A DNA stretch of 64,000 nt from Chloroflexota bacterium (lineage in GTDB: Bacteria; Chloroflexota; Dehalococcoidia; DSTF01; RBG-16-68-14): contig JAJCYW010000010.1 of the NCBI GenBank assembly GCA_029262675.1, forward strand, positions 129,166-193,165, given 5' to 3'. Under the pieces are notes generated by a model, which had not been told where the DNA came from, made no database searches, and was given only the letters and a program-made list of their open reading frames with translations. A program made the translations under genes and the position numbers. Positions 54,869-63,800 of this stretch are shown here, piece by piece. Positions within the stretch are counted from its first letter, which is position 1. Each line of letters starts with the position of its first letter.

Positions 54869-56329
54869 TTAGGCCTTCGGGTTCACCGGCGGCTGCGGCG
54901 GGTGCGGCACTGCGCATGTGCTTCCGAAGCGGCCAAAGACGAACTGCAGGTCGTTGATGTCGATGTCGGCATCTGACTGCGTTCCGGAGGGCTCCAGGTT
55001 CATGAAGTCCTTGTAGATCAGGCTACCCTTCTCAACGCCCCAACGGAACGAGATCGCCTGCGCGTCTAGCGCGTCGACCGAACAGTCGGGCTCCACGTCA
55101 CCTTCGAGGTAGCGGAACGTAATGTCCGCGTCGTCGCAGGCGAAGATCGGGATCGCCTCACCTTGCTCGTCACCCAGGTCACAGTTCACGTTGTTGATCT
55201 GGACGACGTTACCGTTTTCCTGGTTGGGCTTCATCGGAGAGTAGATCTCCGGCTGCGGATAGACATCGACGGTGGCCAGCGAGGCCAGGTTGTCGATGCG
55301 GTCTACTTCAGCCGCCTTACCCACGGTGACACAACCAATGCGGGCAACGCCCTCAAGCTGCGGCTTGCTAGCCGAGTCTTGGATGATGCAGATCGCACCC
55401 GCGGCCTGCCAGTCGGCGCCCGTGGTCAGGTCAACACAGACCTTCTTGTTGTCGTAGAGAACCTCGAACTCAAAGGCCGCGAGTACCTGGAATCCGGTCA
55501 CGCCCTTCGGGTCCGGGGAGACAACCGCCTGGCTCAGCTCTTCGCTGAGGCTACCGATGTTCGTGCCAGAGAGGCAGTCTACCGGCGGAACCTTTGAACC
55601 CTGTCGCGTCAGGAAGACGTTCTGCAGGGCCGGGATCTTGGACATTCGCGGCACCGGCGGCGGCGTGTTCGTCGGCGTCGATGTCGGAGTCGGCGTGAAT
55701 GTCGGAGTCGGCGTTGCTGTGTTCGCGTTCGTGCAGTGTACGGTTACCGAACTGCCAGGAACGGCGATGTTGCCAGTTACAGCGTCAGCAAATGCCGCGC
55801 CGCTGGTACCGGCGTTCGGGCCGCCGAGCGTCTCCAGATCAATCTGGTGGCCCTGGGACTTGCCCGTTGTGCAGGTAAAGTCGAACTGGAACAGCGCACC
55901 CTTGATAACGCTGATTGGCGGACTGATCAGTCCGGTCAGACAACCACGGCCAACGGTTGTGGCCGTCAGTGTTCCAAGGTCTGCCGCGGCGCAGTCTCCC
56001 CATATGGTGGAGGAGCCCGTTGCCGTCAGACCAGTGGCGCCAAAGAACAGGAAGGCCTGCGCACCGACGTAACCGTTCGTAATCGGAACGGCGTCACCGC
56101 TGACGGTGACGCTAAAGGCGCTACCAATTGGGACACAAACGTCGCCCGGGGCCTTTGCGCCGGGGCAGGTCTGGCCGCCGGAGACGGCCATGCTCATGGC
56201 AGCGCCGTCTGTGGCTGCCTCTGCAGTGTCGGTGCTGTGGCCCATGCTGAACACCATGACCGCTAGCGCGATCGCCAGAAGCGGCAGGCTCAGCAAGCCC
56301 AGTACCTTAATTCGTTGTGTTCTATTCAC
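54869..56329 (-). CDS. Secreted protein G: signal + N-domain + PT linker + cohesin-like module + divergent (class-2) dockerin-like module
   Basis: GTG 56329 (MNRTQRIKVLGLL...) with AGGAGG 8 nt upstream. N-domain TDGAAMSMAVSGG...GYVGAQAFLFFG...GCLTGLISPP. Cohesin-like GVTGFQVLAAFEFEVLYDNKKVCV...ARIGCVTVG. C-terminal DVEPDCSVDALDAQAISFRWGV...DADIDINDLQFVFGRFGSTC. Confidence 0.65.
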   Translation of the reverse strand: MNRTQRIKVLGLLSLPLLAIALAVMVFSMGHSTDTAEAATDGAAMSMAVSGGQTCPGAKAPGDVCVPIGSAFSVTVSGDAVPITNGYVGAQAFLFFGATGLTATGSSTIWGDCAAADLGTLTATTVGRGCLTGLISPPISVIKGALFQFDFTCTTGKSQGHQIDLETLGGPNAGTSGAAFADAVTGNIAVPGSSVTVHCTNANTATPTPTFTPTPTSTPTNTPPPVPRMSKIPALQNVFLTRQGSKVPPVDCLSGTNIGSLSEELSQAVVSPDPKGVTGFQVLAAFEFEVLYDNKKVCVDLTTGADWQAAGAICIIQDSASKPQLEGVARIGCVTVGKAAEVDRIDNLASLATVDVYPQPEIYSPMKPNQENGNVVQINNVNCDLGDEQGEAIPIFACDDADITFRYLEGDVEPDCSVDALDAQAISFRWGVEKGSLIYKDFMNLEPSGTQSDADIDINDLQFVFGRFGSTCAVPHPPQPPVNPKA

Positions 56330-56701
56330 GAAGTTGACCTCCTACCGAGAGTAGATAATATCTAGGTTACTCTGTGGTTTGCTTGTTCTGGTGTAGTACA
56401 TCCCCTCCTTTCTCGGCCCTACACGGGGTAGGAGCCAAATACAGCGGTGTAACCAAATTGGCAACCAACCGGGCGGGGGTCGGTGATTGGCATGTAATAC
56501 CGCTTGCGCGGCGGACTATGGCGGGGAACCTGTGGAATCTTCTTCCACCAGCTGATACTTGTATATCACGGTGTCCCAGCTTTGTCAAGCGTTCCGAGCG
56601 TACCTAATTTCGATCCTCTGCAGAACCGGTTGGAGCGACACCTGACGTATGGAGCGGTGCATTCCCGGCATCATGACAACGACAACGCGCGAGACTCGCG
56701 A

Positions 56702-58900
56702 TCATAACAACAGCGAGCAGTCCTGCCCGTGGTGCTGAATGACCGGCAGGACGTCGAAGAGCAGGCTGACCGTGCCGTCACCGTCGATATCGTAGAGCAC
56801 GTCGAATCCGGGATCTCCCGTTACCTCGCCGTGGTGTTGCACGACCGTCAGGATGTCGAAGAGCAGGTCGACCACGAGGTCGCCGGTAACGTCGAAGCAG
56901 GCCTTCAGGTCTGTTGTTTCGGAGGCGTCGTTGCCTACTGGGTTCTCATCCGGGTCCGAGGCAGACGCCGTGACGTTGTTCGTAATCGTTTGGTCCACCA
57001 TCAGTGTTGGCGCGCGCACATCCAGCGTGATGATCACCTGGCTGCTTACGAGGACCTCGTCGATGGTGCACTCGACCGTATCGACCGGTACCGCGACGCA
57101 AACGGCTCCCGTCGCGCCGACAAAGGTGGCCGGACGGTTGAACTTGGCGAAGTTGAAGACGGTAGCCGTCGGCAACGTGTCCGTCACGACCACGTCCAGC
57201 GCGTCGCCGAGCCCGATGTTGTCGACCGTGATCGTGTAGCTGTAGTAGCCGAGTCGCAGCACCGGATCGGCCAAATCCACCTTGGTTACGACGAGGTCCG
57301 GCGGCGGCGCCACAACCGGCGTGTACGCGATAGCCGAGTTGTTGCCGGAGTGGACAAAGAGCTCGTTGTCGGCCGAAACGACCGCAGTGTTCTTCATCAT
57401 CAGGCTCTGCGTCACCACCGGAGAGAGCATCACGATCTCGACGAATGCATCGCTGCCCGCCGGAATGTTCCCCAGGCTGCAGGTGACGACCCCGGCGACT
57501 GGCGCGCCGCAGCCGGGGCTTGCCGACACGAAGGCACCGTCCAACGGAAGCGTGTCCACAATGACGACGTTTTCTGCCTCTTGCGGACCGCTGTTTGCGG
57601 CCGTCAGCGTGTACGTGACGTTCTCGTTGCCGTTCACGAATGACGGATCGCCCACTTTGGTCAGATCCACGTCTGACCGTGGTGCGAGGACTACCGTCTC
57701 TTCGATATCCGTATTATTACCGGTGTTCGCAAAAGGCTCGTTGCTCGCGCTTACAGTGACCGTGTTCGAGACCAGCGTGTCCAATATGGGCGATGGCGCC
57801 GTCACGGTGATATCGATGACTACCTGGTCGGACGGGTTCATCGGGTTGGTGACCGTGCAGATCACGACGCCTAGATTCTCGCCGCAGTTGGCGCCCGCGG
57901 AGACCGCGGACACAAACGACGAACCGGGCGGTAACGCGTCGGACATCGTAACGTCCTCGGCCGTTTGCAGGCCCACGCTATCGATGGTGACGCGGTACGT
58001 GAAAGTGGCCGTCGCGTCGACGGGGTCCGTCAGGTCGACCTTCGTCACCTTGACGTCAGGCCGCTCGCTCGGCGGCGGCAGCGGCGTCGGGGTGTCGGTC
58101 GGCGTCGGCGAGACCGTCGGCGTGTGTGTAGCCGGAATCGGCGTCACCGTCGGTGTCGGCGTCGGGCCCAGGCAGTGGACGACGAGATCTGAAAGCTTCG
58201 GAATGACTGTTGTTGTCCCATCCTGGAACGCGGTGCCGCTGGTGCCCGCCAACGGGTCGTTTTCCGGCAGGAGCTGGACATTGGTGGTGGAAGAAGACGA
58301 GGAGCACGTGAATGATAGCTCCAAGATGGTGCCGATGAAGAAGCTCACCGGCTGCGGGGGGATTAGGCCCGTGAGTCCGCCGTGGGATACGACGTGCGGC
58401 GCGACTTGGGCCTTGAATACCACCGAAGGGTCTAGGTCTGGCCAGACCATCTCGTCGGCCGCGGCCTGGGAGTTGTAGGTGAGGTTGGTCGTGACGCAAT
58501 CGGTGTCGAAGCGGTCGGCGCCATCGCCGCCGCCGTTGTCGATTGTGTCACTGCAGGTATTGAGACCGGCGCCGTCTTCGCTCGCGGCGGGATCGTAGAT
58601 GCCGTAATCGATGAACGTCTGCACCGCAATGTACCCCGGCACTGGCGTATCGATGACATTAGCCGTCAGCGTGAAGGTGTCGCCTGCCGTGACGCAGTCG
58701 TCGTTCGGGTCATAGCCGCCCGGGCATGCTGTGCCGCCCGTAGTAACCGCCATAGAGATCTCCGGTCCGGTGCTGGCGGCCTCTGCGCGCTGCTCGCCGC
58801 CGCTATCCCAGACCAGGAAGACCGCGACGGCGATGAGCGCGATGATTGGCAGCACCAAGAGCCGTGTTGCCATCCTTGGACTAATGTTGCCGATCTTCAT
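56702..58900 (-). CDS. Secreted protein H: signal + N-domain + 3 DUF11-like conserved repeat domains + dockerin
   Basis: ATG 58900 with GGAGGAGG RBS. N-domain STGPEISMAV...GYIAVQTFIDYG...MVWPDL...HGGLTGLIPPQP. Three ~120-aa repeats (DVKVTKVDLTDPVDATATFTYRVTI.., DVDLTKVGDPSF..VTYTLTAANSGPQEAENVVIVDTLP.., DLVVTKVDLADPV..YSYTITVDNIGLGDALDVVVTDTLP). Dockerin CFDVTGDLVVDLLFDILTVV...DIDGDGTVSLLFDVLPVI. Confidence 0.7.
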   Translation of the reverse strand: MKIGNISPRMATRLLVLPIIALIAVAVFLVWDSGGEQRAEAASTGPEISMAVTTGGTACPGGYDPNDDCVTAGDTFTLTANVIDTPVPGYIAVQTFIDYGIYDPAASEDGAGLNTCSDTIDNGGGDGADRFDTDCVTTNLTYNSQAAADEMVWPDLDPSVVFKAQVAPHVVSHGGLTGLIPPQPVSFFIGTILELSFTCSSSSSTTNVQLLPENDPLAGTSGTAFQDGTTTVIPKLSDLVVHCLGPTPTPTVTPIPATHTPTVSPTPTDTPTPLPPPSERPDVKVTKVDLTDPVDATATFTYRVTIDSVGLQTAEDVTMSDALPPGSSFVSAVSAGANCGENLGVVICTVTNPMNPSDQVVIDITVTAPSPILDTLVSNTVTVSASNEPFANTGNNTDIEETVVLAPRSDVDLTKVGDPSFVNGNENVTYTLTAANSGPQEAENVVIVDTLPLDGAFVSASPGCGAPVAGVVTCSLGNIPAGSDAFVEIVMLSPVVTQSLMMKNTAVVSADNELFVHSGNNSAIAYTPVVAPPPDLVVTKVDLADPVLRLGYYSYTITVDNIGLGDALDVVVTDTLPTATVFNFAKFNRPATFVGATGAVCVAVPVDTVECTIDEVLVSSQVIITLDVRAPTLMVDQTITNNVTASASDPDENPVGNDASETTDLKACFDVTGDLVVDLLFDILTVVQHHGEVTGDPGFDVLYDIDGDGTVSLLFDVLPVIQHHGQDCSLLL

Positions 58901-58956
58901 GTTGTAGCCTCCTCCGGAAAACCACTACATCTTCATAAACGTTTGCCGGTTGCGTA

Positions 58957-60720
58957 TCATACCGGTGGCTGATCGAGTACTCCTGCTTCCAACTGCAAGA
59001 TGACGGTCGCGTCGATGCTGTTGACTGTTCCGTTCTCATCCACGTCGGCGTTCTCCGCGCAGGCCACGTTGGCCAGCAGTCCGGCGTGATACTGCAACAC
59101 CAATGTAGCATCGATGCTGTTCGTTTGGCCGTCGCAGTTCACGTCACCGCTAGCCGGACGGCTGGTGAGCGCGTCCGAACATGAGGCGGCCACGACGTCG
59201 TCGCCGGTCATCAACCCGAGTGACGACGCGGCCAGGGCAACGGTCGGGGGCGTACGCGCGACGCCGGCGGGCGTCGCGGGCCACAGCAAGTCGCCGGGGC
59301 CGGCGCCGATCGCAGCCAGCGTCGGCGATCCGGCCGTCAGTGAAAAGACAACGTGGTCTTCTGTGGCGCGATACGTTCCGTCGCCGCTCTCATGCAGGCA
59401 GAGGGCGTCAATGTCGTCTCCGGGCAGTAGGCCCAGCGCTCCGGCCGTAGCGTACGCCGCGGGTGGCGCGCCCGCCGACGTGACCAGCACATCTGCTGCC
59501 AAGACGCCGTACGCCGGGAGCGACGGGGACGCGCCGTCGAGCGAAAAGTACACGCTCCGCTCCGGGACGCCGTCGTGGTTGGCATCGACAACGTCCGCGT
59601 GCGGCTGCGTTAGCGCGTTGAGGTTGGGGCGAGCGCTGATCGACTCGACAAGGCCGAGCGGGAACGCGGCTGCGCAGGCGCCGATCGGTCCGTTGCCGTC
59701 CAGCGTGAGCTGGTTCGTTCCGTCGCCGGTGGACGAGAACACGTCCGATTCGGCCTCGGGCGAGAGCCCCGGCTCGGCCGGGGGGCAGGCGCGCTGCTCG
59801 GCGACCGCCGTGCCCGGCATTCCGTCTGCCGTGGGGCCGACCGAGAAGTAGCTGACGTTGGCGGCCAGGTCGTTACCGAACGACAGGGCGTCGATGTCGT
59901 CCCGCGGGGCGCCTTCTGCTCCGCAGCCGGTGAGCCCCAGGCCGGGGCAGGCGATGCGAACAAACGGGGCTTGGCCTGCGCCCGTCGTGGCTGCGAGCGG
60001 CGTCAGCGCTAGCACACTCGCGGGGGGTAGGCCGTCCGCGTTGCCGCGCTCGACGGAGTACGCGGGTAACAGCGGAGCGACTGCGATAGTGAGGCTATTG
60101 ATGCACAGTTCGAGGTCGGTATGCGTGTTCGCCTCGTTTACCAGCGCGATGCAGTGTTCTGGCGTGCCTGCTGCTGGCGCTGGCCACTGGTACGTGAGAC
60201 CGAGCGGCGGCCACGCCGCAAGGAAGGCCTGTTGGCCGGACGCTGCGGGCGTCAGGTGGATGGGCGTCTCGTTGTGGATCTGAAGCGGGCCGATTACGGT
60301 GCTCGGCAGTTCAAGATCGAGAGATAGCTCGAAGAAGCTGGACGCCGGAAACGGGATGCCGGGCTGCGTGCTGCGGATCTCGCCCGTCGAGTGGTAGGAC
60401 GCGCCCTGGTCGGGCCGCTCCGTGACATCCACCAGACCGAGACGGCTTGCTCCTCGTAGCTCTAGGTTGACGATCGCTAGCTCCTGAACCAGGGTTCCGC
60501 CGTCGTCGCGCGGATCCGACCGCTCTACCTCAATCCATCCAGGGAGGATCGCCGTGTCGCCGCCCAGAAGGCTCGTCACTTCCGCGATCGCGACTACCGG
60601 TAGCGTGTCCGTTCCAGGTGGGTACGTAGGCATCCCGGCCCTCGTTAACTGCGTCGCATTCATCATCACCAAGCCGAAGAAGAGTAACGCGCCTGTCAGC
60701 CCTAATCCGACGAAACGCAT
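58957..60720 (-). CDS. Secreted protein I: signal + unrecognised ~480-aa N-terminal region with internal repeats + canonical dockerin
   Basis: ATG 60720 with GAGGAG RBS. Internal repeats (GAPRDDIDALSFG / LPGDDIDALCLHESGDG / MTGDDVVAASCSD). Dockerin SGDVNCDGQTNSIDATLVLQYHAGLL...DVDENGTVNSIDATVILQ. Confidence 0.65.
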   Translation of the reverse strand: MRFVGLGLTGALLFFGLVMMNATQLTRAGMPTYPPGTDTLPVVAIAEVTSLLGGDTAILPGWIEVERSDPRDDGGTLVQELAIVNLELRGASRLGLVDVTERPDQGASYHSTGEIRSTQPGIPFPASSFFELSLDLELPSTVIGPLQIHNETPIHLTPAASGQQAFLAAWPPLGLTYQWPAPAAGTPEHCIALVNEANTHTDLELCINSLTIAVAPLLPAYSVERGNADGLPPASVLALTPLAATTGAGQAPFVRIACPGLGLTGCGAEGAPRDDIDALSFGNDLAANVSYFSVGPTADGMPGTAVAEQRACPPAEPGLSPEAESDVFSSTGDGTNQLTLDGNGPIGACAAAFPLGLVESISARPNLNALTQPHADVVDANHDGVPERSVYFSLDGASPSLPAYGVLAADVLVTSAGAPPAAYATAGALGLLPGDDIDALCLHESGDGTYRATEDHVVFSLTAGSPTLAAIGAGPGDLLWPATPAGVARTPPTVALAASSLGLMTGDDVVAASCSDALTSRPASGDVNCDGQTNSIDATLVLQYHAGLLANVACAENADVDENGTVNSIDATVILQLEAGVLDQPPV

Positions 60721-60860
60721 CTTCTCCTCATTAACACGCAGCGCTTGCGCACGCAGCGCATATCTCCCGGCATGCGGGGCAAGCGGCTTGGAGGCGGGGA
60801 TGTCCGGCTAGTATACGTCTCTCGCGCCCACGCTGGCAACCGGCAGACGCGGGAGGACGC

Positions 60861-63800
60861 CTATCGCGGGCCATCTGTGTCCTCTTGACGACGCGACGGC
60901 GCAGGCCTGAAGCGCGGCTGGAACGGTGCCGGCGTCACGCCCTGCCGTCTGCGCCACCACAGCAGTTGCGACCAGGCGAGCAGCACCGCGCCGCCCGCTA
61001 ATCCAGCGATCGCGAGCGTGGTTGGCAGTACGTCGCCCGATGACCCGTCAGCCCCTCCCGTATCGGGGAGACCTGCGACCGGAGTCTTTAGGATAGGCCC
61101 ACTGTCGCGGACCAGTGTTGGTGTTGAGGTTGGCACAGGCGCCTGGATGGGCGTGGCCGATCCCGTGGGTGATGCGGGCGTTGCGGTGCTGGGCGGCGCC
61201 CCGGGGGCCGGCGTGTCCGTCGGCGGGATGAATGCGGGCGTTGCGGTGCTGGGCGGCGCACCGGGGGCCGGCGTGTCCGTCGGCGGGATGGCGGGAACTG
61301 GTGTGGCGGTGTTTGCGGGTGCCGGCGTCGATGTGGGCGGCACAGCGGGCGTCCCGAATGTCGGTAGCGGGATCACCGTCGCCGTTGGTGGTGGCGGAGT
61401 CGTCGGTGTGGGCGTTGGAATCGCCGCTATCGCCGGTGTCCACGTCGGCTCGGCGGTCCACGTCGGTACTGGTGTCCAAGTCGGCTCCTGCGTCCACGTT
61501 GGCTGGGGCGTCCAGGTGTGCGTCGCTGTCGGCGAGGCGTCAGACGTTGGCACAGGCGTACCAGAGCCGTCAGGCGTCGCGGAGGGTTCTGGAGTCGTAC
61601 TCGGTGCCGGCGTGTCTGTAGCTGTAAGAGCCGGCGTGGCTGTCGCCGTCGATGTTACCGTTGGGTCCGGCGTCGGCGAGCCGGCCCCGGCGCCTCCCGG
61701 CGTGGCAGTTGCCGTCGCTGTCGCTGCGGCCGTCGCTGTCGCTGGCGCAGTCGTTACCGTCGCGGTTGGTTGCGGCGAAGGTGATGCGGTCGGAGTGCTT
61801 GACGGCGTTTCGCCGGTCGGCCCAGGGGTCGCGGTAGCCTCGGGCGTGACGCTCGGCGTTGGGGTTTCCGTTGACTTGGATGGCGGATCCTGTATGCCCC
61901 ACGGTTGCGCACAGGTGCTGCCCGTGCGGCCGTAGACTGTCTGCAGGTCGCTGATGTCGATGTCGCCGTCCGGCCGGATGGCTGGCTCGAGATCGTACCT
62001 CTCCTGATATAGGGTAGAGCCTTCGGAAACGCCGAAGCGTCCGGCTACCATTTGGTGATCGATGACGTTGACGGCGCAGTCGACGTTGATGTCGGACTCC
62101 AGCGCGCGAACGATGACCTTGGCGTCGCCGACGAACGAAACCGGAATGCCGTCCTCCAGCGCGCCGACGAGTCTGGTGTTCGCCGTGACGTCATCCAGAA
62201 TCACTTCTATCCCGTTATTTGGCGCCGGCCGAATCGGAATCCTCGCCAGCGGTGTTACCGTGATCCTGGCGAAAGCGAACGTGCCGCTCGGGCCGGGGTC
62301 GACGCCGGTCGTCACGCAGCCGAAGCGCACCGCTCCCTCCGTCCTGTTCTCCAGACATGTCGCCGTTCGGTCTGTGCCTTCCAACTCCTGGAGGAACGGC
62401 GAGGCGTCGATATCGAGCGATACGGTGTTGTTGTCGTAGGCCACGTGCAGCTCAAAACCACCGAGGCCGGATCCCTCCGGAACGTTCTGCGCCCGTTCGT
62501 ACAGCACAAGCGAGCCATTGCCCAAGAATAGGTTGGATTCCGCCGGCTCCTTGATCACACTGACGATATCCTGTTCCGATTGAACGCCCGCCGGCCCCGT
62601 GACGCCTGGATACGCGACTGACTTGTGGGCCGTAATCGCCACCGTCCGCAGCGTCGTGGTGAGCGAGCTGCTGTTGAGGCTCGGTATGCCTGGCGTTGCT
62701 GTTGGAGTCACCGTCGGTGTCGGGGTGGGCGTAGCGACAGGTGTCGGAGTCGCCGGCGGGATGACGATGACGACGCCGTCCTGCGTCACGATAGGTAGCT
62801 GGGCCGCGCCTGGGACGTCGACGATAATCGGGCCTGAGAGATGGAGCGGTGACAGTCCTTCGGCGAGGGCGAAGAATGTGGCCGTGGCGATCACGCCTGA
62901 ACCGTTGGCGCCAGGCGGCGTGGTGCCGATGGTGTTGCAGGAGAACTCGACGTCGCTAACGCCTACGATGGGCGGCAAGCAGACGACGTTGCGTCCCGTA
63001 CTGCCGAGAAAGGGGCCGACGACGAGCGACTGGGACAAGATCACAGACGGGCTGTAGCTGAGCATGAACTGGAACGCGCCGAGGTCGGCTACGTTATCGA
63101 CAACAATGTCCGCCGTGACGATGGTACCGACTGGCGCGTTCTGGCTGACCGGATCTATGCGTATGGTGACTGGCCCAGCGGGCGTCGTTGACGTTGGCGT
63201 AGGTGTGAACGTCGCTGTCGGCGGCGGGATCGGCGTGTCGGTGGGGGTTGGGGTGATCGTCGGCGTTGGTGTCACCGTCGGCGTCGGGCAGATGCCGCCC
63301 GGGCACGGGGTTGGTGTCACCGTCGGCGTCGGGCTGAGCGTGGCAGTTGGCGAGAGCGTCGGCGTCGGCGTCGCCCCCTCGACGACCGTGATCTCGCCGA
63401 CTCCGAGTGCCGCCGTCGGGTAGGCGAGTCCAGGGACGTCTGTGAAAATGACGTCCTCAAACGTCAGCAAGCTGATGCCGGCAGCCTCTCCCCGCAGCGT
63501 GATGAATGCTAACACGCCGGTGCCTGTTGGCCCCGCCGGTGTTGGTTCAATCGACACGCAGGTGTACTGGATGAAACCCGGCCCGGCGGTGGGCACTAGG
63601 CACGTGACGATGCGTGATGTGCTGGAGAGGAACGGCCCGGGTGATACGCTGGGCGCGGAAACGACGAGCGGATCATACCGAAGCGTGAACTGGAAGGCGC
63701 CCAGCTCCGGCGCGTTTGCCACAGCGACCTCAAGGATCGTTTCGCTGCTCAGATTCACAGTCTGGCTCTGCGGCTGCGGGCAGAGGATGAAGACGACCGC

